Shown: positions 12,718 through 25,005, counted from the first letter of the stretch. The stretch: DNA of 64,000 bases from Macrostomum lignano (GCA_002269645.1 NIVC01000755.1:304985-368984); one strand, 5' to 3'. The notes: generated from the sequence alone by a model not told the origin. A program made the numbers and translations.

Positions 12718-12924
12718 GTTTATTTGTTTTAATTTACTCTTTCCAAGAATCGGAGCCGTTTTTGTAACCTAGAAATTTTGCCGCTACAGATTACCAAATT
12801 TTATCGAGGGTTGCGTTTGTTTAAAAATTTTCATCACCCTCTCCTGATTGCATTTGGCTCACCGGCTTTGCTTCTCAATTTAATATTCCCTTCGAGCGCT
12901 AAGCACAGGCTTGAGTCATTCATC

Positions 12925-13745
12925 TAGTCTGCCATCTTGATAATTTGGTGGCTTTGACCTGGGATGACCCCAAAGAGTGTGATCTAATCTGCCATCTTGA
13001 TAATTTGGTGGTCTTGACCCGGGATGACCCCAAAGAGTGTGATCTAATCTGCCATCTTGATAATTTGGTGACCTTGACCGGGATGACCCCAAAGAGTGTG
13101 ATCTAATCTGCCATCTTGATAATTTGGTGGTCTTGACCCGGGATGACCCCAAAGAGTGTGATCTAATCTGCCATCTTGATAATTTGGTGACCTTGACCGG
13201 GATGACCCCAAAGAGTGTGATCTAATCTGCCATCTTGATAATTTGGTGGCCTTGACCCGGGATGACCCCAAAGAGTGTGATCTAATCTGCTAGCCTGATA
13301 TTTTGGTGACCTTGACCCGAGATGACCCCAAAGAGTGTGATCTAATCTCCTAGCCTGATATTTTGGTGACCTTGACCCGAGATGACCCCAAAGAGTGTGA
13401 TCTAATCTGCTCCTGATATTTTGGTGACCTTGACCCGAGATGACCCCAAAGAGTGTGATCTAATCTGCCATCTTGATAATTTGGTGACCTTGACCGGGAT
13501 GACCCCAAAGAGTGTGATCTAATCTGCCATCTTGATAATTTGGTGGCCTTGACCCGGGATGACCCCAAAGAGTGTGATCTAATCTGCCATCTTGATAATT
13601 TGGTGGCCTTGACCCGGGATGACCCCAAAGAGTGTGATCTAATCTGCCATCTTGATAATTTGGTGACCTTGACCGGGATGACCCCAAAGAGTGTGATCTA
13701 ATCTGCTAGCCTGATATTTTGGTGACCTTGTCCCGAGATGACCCC
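12925..13745. repeat. ~60-bp minisatellite (GATGACCCCAAAGAGTGTGATCTAATCTGCCATCTTGATAATTTGGTGACCTTGACC...), ~14 copies, between exons 5A and 5B
   Basis: Period of 59-60 nt read directly. Confidence 0.93.
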
Positions 13746-14375
13746 AAGGACTGCTGGTTTGATCTGTTATCTTGAAACTTACATTGACCTTGACCCGATA
13801 TGACCTGAGTCGCCCTGACACTCGTTGACCGTGACCCTAGTTGACTCCTGTATTCGAATCCATCCGTATGGAGTCCGTGACCCAATTTAAACCTGCACTT
13901 TTGACTTGTCTGAGTCGGTCCGAAGCGCCCCCCCCAGCCATGGTGCCGCCTTGTCAGTGCGAGAAGGAAGCAGTTCACAATTTTTGCCATCTCACACCGG
14001 CTGCATAATCGCTGATTTGCTTTCGATTGCTTAATCAGAATCTAAAGAATAACAATCTCTCCACTCTCAGTACCAGCCTTAAATAAGAAGCTTTGATTTT
14101 TAACAGGGTTGCAGTTTTTCTAATTCAATAATATTATAGAGCTTGTTCGTCACAGGACAACCCTGACAAATTGGCATTGCTTATTAATAATCATTTACCT
14201 TTGTTTATCACAAAATTGCATACCCTTTCACGAGCTGAGAGGCTTCAGTTACTTATCTATTTGGATTTTGTTTTGTCATTTGTCATTAGATTTTCCATAG
14301 CGCTTACTGTAAGTAGTGTCTATGTGAAAGAGTTACTGAGAGCTCAAGTGTCACCCCCCTGTCACATGCTGTTAG

Positions 14376-14502
14376 CGAGCCGCACTCGAGGTTCTACGGT
14401 GCTCAAATCGTGCTCGGTTTCGAGTACCTGCACAGCTTAGACCTGATTTATCGGGATCTGAAGCCTGAGAATCTGCTGATCGATAGCACCGGCTACATCA
14501 AA
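14376..14502 (+). CDS. PRKACA: PKA-C alternative exon 5B ([43 protein letters not shown]), canonical-type
   Basis: ctgttag| acceptor, AAA|GTAAGG donor, 127 nt, close to canonical SEPHARFYAAQIVL... Confidence 0.95.
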
Positions 14503-14784
14503 GTAAGGCAGCACCTCCCGGCTCGCCTGAGCCCCCCCCCCCTGCATAGCCTCTTCTGTTGTGACCTGTCTGCTTTAACCTGGCCTGATGTTAGCTTAGA
14601 CCACTCTGGCATACTGAATTGTTTGATTGAAGGCGGCTAAATGCTCAGATTTTGTTGCATAGCACAATATGCATATTGATTTCTTCTCACTAATAATTCC
14701 ATGTAAAACTTACCCAATACATGTAGAATAGTTTTAGTGTCCCTGGCAGTGACATGGTGCTACCGCTCCTGAGGCTGTTGCCCC

Positions 14785-15220
14785 CTCAAATAAAATGGCG
14801 CCCCCTCAAATGGCGCCCCCTCAATTGAAATGGCGCCCGCCCCCAATTTAAATAGCGCCCCCCCAATTGAAATAGCGCCCACTCAATTGAAATGGCGCCC
14901 CCTCAATTGAAATGGCGCCCCATCAATTGAAATGGCGCCCCCTCAATTAAAATGGCGCCCCCTCAATTGAAATAACGCCCCCTCAATTGAAATGGCGCCC
15001 CCATTGAAATGGCGCCCCCTCAATTGAAATGGCGCCCCCAATTGAAATAGCGCCCCCCCAATTGAAATGGCGCCCCCTCAATTGAAATGGCGCCCCCTCA
15101 ATTGAAATGGCGCCCCCTCAATTAAAATGGCGCCCCCTCAATTAAAATGGCGCCCCCTCAATTGAAATGGCACCCCCTCAATTGAAATGGTGTCCCCTCA
15201 TATAAAATGGCGCCCCCTCA
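14785..15220. repeat. ~21-bp minisatellite (AATTGAAATGGCGCCCCCTC)
   Basis: Direct reading. Confidence 0.9.
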
Positions 15221-15774
15221 AAGACGCGGCCCCCTTATACTAGAGTCTTTATTGCTTGTAATTAGAATTTTTAGGATCAGTTGGTAAGGATTACCTGGGC
15301 AAGAGTTTTGCAATGCCTAATGTTCAGAAAATTCAGTTGCCGCACTCAAATTTCTATATTTGTTTAAGAATTCTTGTCCACCTTCTTTTTGTTTAAACCT
15401 ACGCATGACGGCTTGGTCTATCTCTGTATCTGTCGTAGTTGTTTTAGAACGTCTATATGCCAAAAAGGCCGTCCTGTTGCCCCAGCTGCTCCTTATTAAA
15501 GTTACTTCAATTTCCATTCGACTGCATAGCTTAACTTAAAGTTTTAACTCGAATTAGAGAACTCGAATGTGCCTGATTTTCAGCCAATATTTATTATTTA
15601 TGATTGATTAATTGTTGTTCACACTTCAGTCCGTTTGTCATTAAGCATGCGATGACAACACACTGTCCTGTCTGTAGTTGATTTGCCCACTATATAGATG
15701 TGTCATTGCTACAGAAGCACTTATAGACTTCTTTATCTATAGCCACAGAACCGAAAATAATTGACAGATTTTAA

Positions 15775-15933
<159 letters not shown>

Positions 15934-16019
15934 TAATCTCTGGGGTTATCTTTGAAATCGCTTGGATTGAATCGTTAAATATACAAACTTCAGCATCCTA
16001 AATAGTGCTTAAAGTCACC

Positions 16020-16190
16020 CATACAATCGTCTGTAAATCGCCTTGACAATCGTCTGTAAATCGCCCCGATAATCGTCTGTAAACCGCCCTGAGAATCGTC
16101 TGTAAATCGCCCCGATAATCGTCTGTAAATCGCCCCGATAATCGTCTGTTAATCGCCCCGACAATCGTCCTAAAAATCGCCCTGAGCCGC
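16020..16190. repeat. ~23-bp minisatellite (AATCGTCTGTAAATCGCCCCGAT)
   Basis: Direct reading, ~7 copies. Confidence 0.85.
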
Positions 16191-16260
16191 CCCAAAACCG
16201 ATTTTTTCTGAAGTTCAGAGAATTACTTACCTTGCTCTTCGCTTCATCATGGTCTACTAA

Positions 16261-16611
<351 letters not shown>

Positions 16612-16670
16612 TGAAGATTATCGAATTTTTTCTCGCATGGCACAAAAAATTAGCATTATCTAGTTGTACC

Positions 16671-17546
16671 CTAGCCAATCAGAATGATTTTGATGTGTCC
16701 TAGCCAATCAGAAGGATCGAGATAGTTCCTAGCCAATCAGAATGATTTTGATGTGTCCTGGCGAATCAGAAGGATCGAGATAGTTCCTAGCCAATCAGAA
16801 TGATTTTGATGTGTCCTAGCCAATCAGAAGGATCGAGATAGTTCCTAGCCAATCAGAAGGATCCAAATGTGTCCTGGCCAATCAGAATGACCCAGATGTG
16901 TCCTGGCCAATCAGAAGGATCCAAATGTGTCCTGGCGAATCAGAAGGATCCAAATGTGTCCTGGCCAATCAGAATGACCCAGATGTGTCCTGGCCAATCA
17001 GAAGGATCCAAATGTGTCCTGGCGAATCAGAAGGATCCAAATGTGTCCTGGCCAATCAGAAGGATCGAGATAGTTCCTAGCCAATCAGAATGATTTTGAT
17101 GTGTCCTAGCCAATCAAAAGGATTCAAATCTGTCCTGGCCAATCAGAATGATCCAGATGTGTCCTGGCCAGTCAGAAGGATCGAGATAGTTCCTAGCCAA
17201 TCAGAATGATTGTGATGTGTCCTGGCGAATCAGTAGGATCGAGATAGTTCCTAGCCAATCAAAAGGATCCAAATGTGTCCTGGCGAATCAGAAGGATCCA
17301 AATTTGTCCTGGCCAATCAGAAGGATCGAGATAGTTCCTAGCCAATCAGAATGACTTGATGTGTCCTAGCCAATCAGAAGGATCGAGATAGTTCCTAGCC
17401 AATCAGAAGGATCCAAATGTGTCCTGGCCAATCAGAATGACCCAGATGTGTCCTGGCCAATCAGAAGGATCCAAATGTGTCCTGGCCAATCAGAAAGATC
17501 CAGATAGTTCATAGCCAATCAGAAGGATCCAACTGAGCCAATCAGA
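16671..17546. repeat. 29-bp minisatellite containing (A/G)GCCAATCAG, ~30 copies, last PKA intron
   Basis: Unit GTCCTGGCCAATCAGAAGGATCCAAATGT and variants. Confidence 0.93.
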
Positions 17547-17591
17547 ACTCAGTATCTAACTAACCTCGCTGACCCGCTCTTTGCACCCCAG

Positions 17592-17733
17592 GTGTACAAA
17601 AAAAGAGGTGGAGGCGCCGTTCGTGCCCAAGTCGAAGGGCCCGGGCGACCCGTCCAACTTCGACGAATACGAAGAGGAGCCGCTGCGGATCGCCAGCTCG
17701 GAGAAGTGCGCCAAGGAGTTCGCCGAATTTTGA
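17592..17733 (+). CDS. PRKACA: PKA-C last exon ([46 protein letters not shown]), needing a -1 correction in the A7 run at 17598-17604
   Basis: caccccag| acceptor; AGC C-tail FDEYEEE and FxxF end in the frame starting at 17605; TGA at 17731-17733. Full protein ~356 aa. Confidence 0.9.
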
Positions 17734-19146
17734 CCGGACTGGCGGCCAGTTTGCTGAGCTCGCTGACTCTCTGACCCCCGCGCTCGGGATCTGGTGATTT
17801 CGCGTCAGTTTCTGTTCCCGTTTATTCCCGTTTGTTTATTAATTTGTGTCACTTTGTTTTTTGTTCTACTTTTGATTCAACTGCTTTGAGAAGCAGAAAC
17901 TGACTTGTCTACTCTCGACTGGCCGAGTCTGTCGCGGCTCCCCCAGTCATGTTGCTTGTCTTTTTAAGCATTTCCTTGTGCTTGGGAGGCGAGGAAATCA
18001 GGAGGTCGCGAGTTCGAATCAGTTTTTTTCGCATGTGTTTAATGTTTATTACTATATATATATACTCCACTCCGCTATATTTGATTTATTATTGTTATCG
18101 AATACTCATTGCTGTAGTCTGGAGATTAACTCGCTAATTGGATTAATTACCCGCTTTACTGTACTGCCCGTGCCACGTGTTGTCAGAGCCCCCCACAGCA
18201 GCCCCCTCCCCACACACCTGTGTTAACTGCGCGTACGTTATCGAGATAGTAACTATTAGTAAGCAAAAGTACTTTGCCGTTGTATTATTTCAATCCTTTA
18301 GTATTCGAAAGAGACTATCTGTAACGACGAGCGTATTAGTGCCAGTATCTCGAATTCGCACTCAACTTGTAAATTCTGTTCAACTCCCCGCACAGAGATA
18401 GAAAATATTCGTTCTATACGCCTGACAGTAGACACATTAGGATGCGATAAGTAGCAAGTGTTTTTTGTAGACTAGAAATCTTTTCTGTTCAGTCCCAGTG
18501 AGTGACAATGCAAGAAACTAATAGTACTAATAGTAGTGCTAGTCAGACAAGGCAAGGGTCAGTTCAAACTCGGTTTTCTAAACTTTTCAAATAGTACCTC
18601 TTGTTTATTTGTTATCTTGGATTTAACTAATTGTTAATCCTCTCCTCTCCCTAGCGATCGCGCGACCTATCAAGATGTCTCCGTGTCACATGTAATACCA
18701 TTCACTGATTCACACTGTCCCGCTTCTAATATTATTGACTTTTTATTTAGCAGTTTGTGATGCAGCAGTGCGGCTGCCCCTATTGGACAATATTATATAC
18801 AAATACAAAGGCCTGCTCTGTATTATTTGAGTTTAGTTTAGACTTTTTGTTTCGGCGTTTTCATGTCACAAAACTTGTCCGCGATGTAGCACACAAGCAC
18901 TCGGGCTTACCTGTGTAAGCTTATTGAATTGTTACTACTTTAATAATATTTGGTCCCTGATGGCAAATTTTCTCTTGTGTTCCTAGAAAATTGACTTGCA
19001 GTATTATAGTAATTTTCTTTCTTCGGTGGGATGAAGAGGAGCAGCTGAGTTCCCCACCCATGAGGACTAAGTGCTGTCCTTCTGCTCTCTGCGTACAATT
19101 GTCTGGGATCCGTCGTGAATCCCCGGATTTAGTGGATTTGAAAAAT

Positions 19147-20800
19147 CAGTCAAATTGTCACTCATTGTCAGCAGTCAAACTGTCAGCAAGTTGTCAGCAG
19201 TCAAATTGTCACTGATTGTCAGCAGTCAAATTGTCAGCAGTCAAATTGTCACTGATTGTCAGCAGTCAAACTGTCAGCAGTCAAATTGTCAGCAGTCAAA
19301 TTGTCACTGATTGTCAGCAGTCAAACTGTCAGCAGTCAAATTGTCACTGATTGTCAGCAGTCAAATTGTCACTGATTGTCAGCAGTCAAATTGTCACTGA
19401 TTGTCAGCAGTCAAATTGTCAGCAAGTTGTCAGCAGTCAAACTGTCAGCAAATTGTCAGCAGTCGAATTGTCAGCAAATTGTCAGCAGTCAAATTGTCAG
19501 CAGTCAAATTGTCACTGATTGTCAGCAGTCAAACTGTCAGCAGTCAAATTGTCAGCAGTCAAATTGTCACTGATTGTCAGCAGTCAAATTGTCAGCAGTC
19601 AAATTGTCACTGATTGTCAGCAGTCAAACTGTCAGCAGTCAAATTTTCAGCAGTCAAATTGTCACTGATTGTCAGCAGTCAAATTGTCACTGATTGTCAG
19701 CAGTCAAATTGTCACTGATTGTCAGCAGTCAAACTGTCAGCAGTCAAATTGTCAGCAGTCAAATTGTCACTGATTGTCAGCAGTCAAATTGTCACTGATT
19801 GTCAGCAGTCAAATTGTCACTGATTGTCAGCAGTCAAATTGTCACTGATTGTCAGCAGTCAAATTGTCAGCAGTCAAATTGTCACTGATTGTCAGCAGTC
19901 AAATTGTCACTGATTGTCAGCAGTCAAATTGTCACTGATTGTCAGCAGTCAAATTGTCAGCAGTCAAATTGTCACTGATTGTCAGCAGTCAAATTGTCAA
20001 CAGTCGAATTGTCACTGATTGTCAGCAGTCAAATTGTCAGCAGTCAAATTGTCAGCAGTCAAATTGTCAGCAGTCAAATTGTCAGCAGTCAAATTGTCAC
20101 TGATTGTCAGCAGTCAAATTGTCAGCAGTCAAATTGTCAGCAGTCAAATTGTCAGCAGTCAAATTGTCACTGATTGTCAGCAGTCAAATTGTCACTGATT
20201 GTCAGCAGTCAAATTGTCACTGATTGTCAGCAGTCAAATTGTCAGCAGTCAAATTGTCAGCAGTCAAATTGTCACTGATTGTCAGCAGTCAAATTGTCAG
20301 CAGTCAAATTGTCACTGATTGTCAGCAGTCAAATTGTCAGCAGTCAAATTGTCAGCAGTCAAATTGTCAGCAGTCAAATTGTCACTGATTGTCAGCAGTC
20401 AAACTGTCAGCAGTCAAATTGTCACTGATTGTCAGCAGTCAAATTGTCAGCAGTCAAATTGTCAGCAGTCAAATTGTCACTGATTGTCAGCAGTCAAATT
20501 GTCACTGATTGTCAGCAGTCAAATTGTCACTGATTGTCAGCAGTCAAATTGTCAGCAAGTTGTCAGCAGTCAAACTGTCAGCAAATTGTCAGCAGTCGAA
20601 TTGTCAGCAAATTGTCAGCAGTCAAATATTGTCAGCAGTCGAATTGTCAGCAAATTGTCAGCAGTCAAATATTGTCAGCAGTCGAATTGTCAGCAAATTT
20701 TCTGCAGTCTAAATATTGCCAGCGGTCGAGTTGTCAGCAAATTGTCAGCAGTAAAATGACTGGCAGTCAAATTGTCAGCAGTCAAATTGTCAGCAGTCGA
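19147..20800. repeat. Composite minisatellite of 15-bp (TGTCAGCAGTCAAAT) and 10-bp (TGTCACTGAT) modules
   Basis: Direct reading. Confidence 0.95.
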
Positions 20801-22090
20801 ATGCTAAAAATGTTAATCCCAAGATTATTTTTCCTACTCATAGAGTCAAAGTTCACTAACAATAACTTGCGACAGTAACTTGAATTCATTCATTGAAAAG
20901 TCCGGAAAGCTGTTGTTTTGGTCTAGACTTCAGATTTAAGCCTGCAATCCTGAGATTGGCCAAATTCCGGGATTAAATCCCGGGATCGCAAAAAACGGGA
21001 TTTTGCTATATATATTTAGGCCTGAAAACTAAAAAGTAAATATAAAAATGTTCCTCATTAATTTCACATTCCCAACTCCCTAATGCTGTTTAGTGACTTT
21101 GAAACTTGCTGTACAGGTGCAAATTCAGAGAAGCGGAACATGATTTAAGTCATAACTAATTAATTTCGAATCGCGCACCGTTTGCCTGCCTGCGGTGCTC
21201 GGTGTAGCAAGTTAGCAACACATCGCCTGTAATTATTTGGCTTTGCCATTCCTGTATCTTCAATTAATTTTCTAATATAATATAAGTAGAACAAATCCAC
21301 ATGTTCTCGTTAATTATAAATTTCTACGCTATAGTGTCATAAAGTTTACCGAATCGTTTTTATGGCTTGCTAAATAAAATTGCGTCTTTGTTCAGCCTTA
21401 GTTTGCATGAATTGGGACAAAGCCTTCCGTTTTAGATAAATCACTCGGGCGCCTTGATTTGTTTGAATGCTTAAGCGTACAGGGGGTCCTTTGGAATGGT
21501 GTGAGTTGGGGTGGGTGGTGGTGGTGTGACTGCTTGGCTGGTTGGCACTGTGGGGGGTCTCGGGGGGGGGCGACTGAACGATTAAACCAAACCACAACCT
21601 TTTAACTTTGAGGCGGGGCGGGAAGAGGGGTTGAGATTTTATTGCCTTCTTTGTTAACAAGTCACGACAGGACCATTCCACGCTTTGCGTGATGGGCCCG
21701 AACTTTTCCTTATCTGTTTCAACTGTTGGTTCTAAAAATTAATTTGCTAACATGTTTCTCTAAGTTTGTAAGATTTAGCTTATAGTCTGGATAAAATTCT
21801 TTAGCAAAAAAGGCAGCTCAAGTGCAATAGAAGCAGCTGTACACATTAACAAAACAAATTTTCTGTCTACTCTTGCTTTGGGGAGGTCTGGGCTTTTCTG
21901 GGTCAAGTGATGTTAAATGATTCAGATATTGTAAATGTGACAATTATACAAATTCAGATTCCTGGCCGAAGCCAAATTTTGCATTTTGATATCCTGCTGA
22001 GATTTTTAATTGCTTCAAAATTTCACTTTATTGGAAATTGGAGTTTTTTTATTAACGAACTGCAAAACGATTAACATCAAGATATAAAAC

Positions 22091-22265
22091 AAGCACAGCA
22101 CAGCACATCATATCACAGCACATCACATGCTGTGACCTGTGACTGTGATGTGCTGTGCTGTGATGTGATGTTCTGTGCTGTGCTGTGCTGTGCTGTGCTT
22201 TGCTGTGCTGTGCTGTGCTGTGCTGTGCTGTGCTGTGCTGTGCTATTGCTTTGCTGTGATGTGCT
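22091..22265. repeat. (TGTGC)n pentamer tract with an inverted (GCACA)n left arm
   Basis: Direct reading. Confidence 0.85.
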
Positions 22266-23226
22266 GTGGCAGCTCGTTTCTAATTCTAATCCTGTTTCTA
22301 CTTCATGTATATCAAACAGACGCCAGCCAGATCCTAAAAAAGAACAATGAGTTGAATTGAAATGAAGAGGAAAATAGTGAAACAAAATTTGCTGCACCTA
22401 AATATGAATATGAAGATAAGAAAAAAAGTGAACGAAATAACGTCCACTTAGACCACTATCTTCTGTTTAATTATACGAGTGGATTTTGTGACCTGTGAGG
22501 GCAGATAAATGTACAGCAAGGCAAGCTAGAACTCTGCAGAGGGCCAGGGGCATAGCGACTTTCAATTACAAGTTGATGTGATGTGAGTGTTAAGACCTGG
22601 CAAAAGACAAAGTAAAATGTCTAACAAGCATGATAACTCGAAAACATACGACAATGTGTACTTTTTGTAGAATCAAGAAATTTGCAATTGCAATGATAAA
22701 CTCATTGCGAGATATCCTTCTCCATTAAAACTTTAGCAATTAATCAGACAAAGTTGAAGAGCTTGCCATTCTACTACCAGTAGGCTGTATTGAAAAAATT
22801 GGCAAATTTAAATCGGTAGCATCTTGAATTCTTCCGCTCAGCCAATCACCTACCGGGGGAGGGGGGAGGCACGGATTGATTGGTGGGTAAACCTTGACTT
22901 AAACCTTGGAGTTTTCTCAATTCACTCCTATTCCATCCACCCTGCTGTGCTCTGCCCGTAGTAGCAAAACTCTAGCAATTAATCATTTGTCAAGCAGCAT
23001 TTTTTTGTTCAATTATGTCAGAATTTCCATACGAAATCGAGCTGCAGCTGCAGCTGCTGTTTCTGGCTTTGCAGAAGGACAGGTAAATGACTCGGTTTAT
23101 ATTCCATGATATGAGTAGAATCGAATCAATACCAGGTGTTTAGTAACTGTCATATTGGCAGTGTAAATGACAACTACAAATGTATGTAGTCTATAGAGTG
23201 CAGATTTTGGCTTTAACAACTTTGAC

Positions 23227-23709
23227 ATGTTGACATCCTCCTGTGCTGGTCATCATTCCAGTATGTCCGGTCACCCCCCGCCATGCAGCAGCGAGCCGGT
23301 GCGGGTGCGGGGCGCCTCAAGCTGCGACAGCGCCGTTAGCGGCAGCAGCTTCGCCGCTGGCATCGACCCGAGCCCGAAGCCGAAGCCGTTCCTCCAGCCG
23401 CTGCTGCCCATCGGAGCCCCTCAGCAGCACGAGCAGCTTCGGGCCATCCTGCAGAAGCACGAGCGCCGGCCCTACCGCCCAGTGCTGTGCGTGTTCTGCA
23501 AGAAGAACAACGAGCCCGAGTCGTTCTACCGCGGCCACACCGTCAAGGACGGCAACGGGGACGTCGTCTGCCCGGTGCTGCAGAGCTACGAGTGCCCGAT
23601 CTGCCACGCCACCGGGACGGCCGCGCACACCGTCAAGTACTGCCCGGTTGGCAACGGGGTCGGCGGCGGCAGAGTCTGGAGTCAGGCGGCTCAGGCCAAG
23701 CGTAGCTAA
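23227..23709 (+). CDS. nanos: Nanos (tandem CCHC zinc fingers), 160 aa
   Basis: CVFCKKNNEPESFYRGHTVKDGNGDVVCPVLQSYECPICHATGTAAHTVKYCP is the nanos CCHC-CCHC signature; in-frame stop at 23194 upstream. Start could be 23227 or a later ATG. Confidence 0.95.
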   Translation: MLTSSCAGHHSSMSGHPPPCSSEPVRVRGASSCDSAVSGSSFAAGIDPSPKPKPFLQPLLPIGAPQQHEQLRAILQKHERRPYRPVLCVFCKKNNEPESFYRGHTVKDGNGDVVCPVLQSYECPICHATGTAAHTVKYCPVGNGVGGGRVWSQAAQAKRS

Positions 23710-23826
23710 AAAATGATTTTAACAAAGTTGCTCGAGAAATTTAAACAAATTAATTGCGAATTGGTGTGCATTGTCTTCACAAACTGTTTCTATTCTGCTT
23801 TTTTGGTTTTTTAACAAAATCCCAAT

Positions 23827-24033
23827 TGTAAATATTTCATTTCATTTTATCTCATAAACCCCTCGCATTTTACTGTCCTTTTCTACTCATTTATTATTGA
23901 TAAATCATAACCATAAGCCACATTTATCTTCATATTCTAATCAATCATTTCATTTCAATTTCCGTTCTTCAGTTTTTGTAAATAGCAATTTTAAATTTGA
24001 CATTAACCAATTCCGCTTTGCTAATTCAATAAA
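23827..24033 (+). promoter_or_regulatory. nanos 3'UTR elements: two Pumilio elements TGTAAATA (23827-23834, 23977-23984) and AATAAA (24028-24033)
   Basis: Exact matches to UGUAHAUA within an AU-rich 3'UTR. Confidence 0.55.
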
Positions 24034-24389
24034 ATATCTAAATATTTGTTATACCGATGTAGGGAACTGTCGTCATGGCAACTAATCGCGTCTGACGTGG
24101 TCACGTGACAACAGGCTGGGCGGGCTAGTAATTAAATTGGGCTGGCCAGGACTGCTAGCGCACCTGCTGTTTGTTGCAAAACTCAGTTTCCATTTTCTAA
24201 ATGCACCTAAATTGACGAATTGCAATTGTAATTGTGTTTCTGGCTAGTGGCGCAGTTCTAAATACACAGTTTGAAACACATCACCAACACCAATGGAGCT
24301 GGAGTCCTGCAATTTCAATATTTTTCGACCTCTTGAAATTTGAAAAGGCTTTTTAATTCAGTGATTCAAGTTTCAAGCAATTTAATGAG

Positions 24390-25005
24390 CTGCCAGCCTG
24401 TCACTCTTGTCTCAGTCAATGAGCCGCCAGCCTGTCACTCTTGTCTCAGTCAATGAGCCGCCAGCCTGTCACTCTTGTCTCATCCAATGAGCCCCTAGCC
24501 TGTCACTCACTTGTCTCATTTAATGAGCCCCCAGCCTGTCACTCTTGTCTCAGTCAATGAGCCCCTAGCCTGTCACTCTTATCAATCAATAAGCTGCTAG
24601 CCTGTCACTCTTGTCTCAGTCAATGAGCTGCCAGCCTGTCACTCTTGTCTCAGTCAATGAGCCCCTAGCCTGTCACTCTTATCAATCAATAAGCTGCTAG
24701 CCTGTCACTCTTGTCTCAGTCAATGAGCCGCCAGCCTGTCACTCTTGTCTCAGTCAATGAGCTGCTAGCCTGTCCTCTTGTCTCAGTGAATGAGCTGCCA
24801 GCCTGTCACTCTTGTCTCATCCAATGAGCCCCTAGCCAGTCACTCACTTGTCTCATTTAATGAGCCCCCAGCCTGTCACTCTTGTCTCATCCAATGAGCC
24901 CCTAGCCTGTCACTCACTTGTCTCATTTAATGAGCCCCCAGCCTGTCACTCTTGTCTCATTCAATGAGCCGCCAGCCTGTCACTCTTGTCTCAATCAATA
25001 AACTG
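24390..25005. repeat. ~34-bp minisatellite (AATGAGCCGCCAGCCTGTCACTCTTGTCTCAGTC)
   Basis: Direct reading. Confidence 0.92.

Noticed and set aside
12901-12908. AAGCACAG downstream of exon 5A is complementary to the intron-4 array (CTGTGCTT), suggesting a docking-site loop-out
   Set aside because: Only 8 bp; expected by chance in a 1.6-kb intron
18000-18020. GGAGGTCGCGAGTTCGAATC, tRNA T-arm-like, in the PKA 3'UTR
   Set aside because: The 3' half of the T-stem and the rest of the cloverleaf are missing
23015-23082. Upstream ATG exon (MSEFPYEIELQ...) with donor at 23083 as a nanos N-terminal exon
   Set aside because: Its phase (2) gives immediate stops with all nearby acceptors; more likely a 5'UTR exon or nothing
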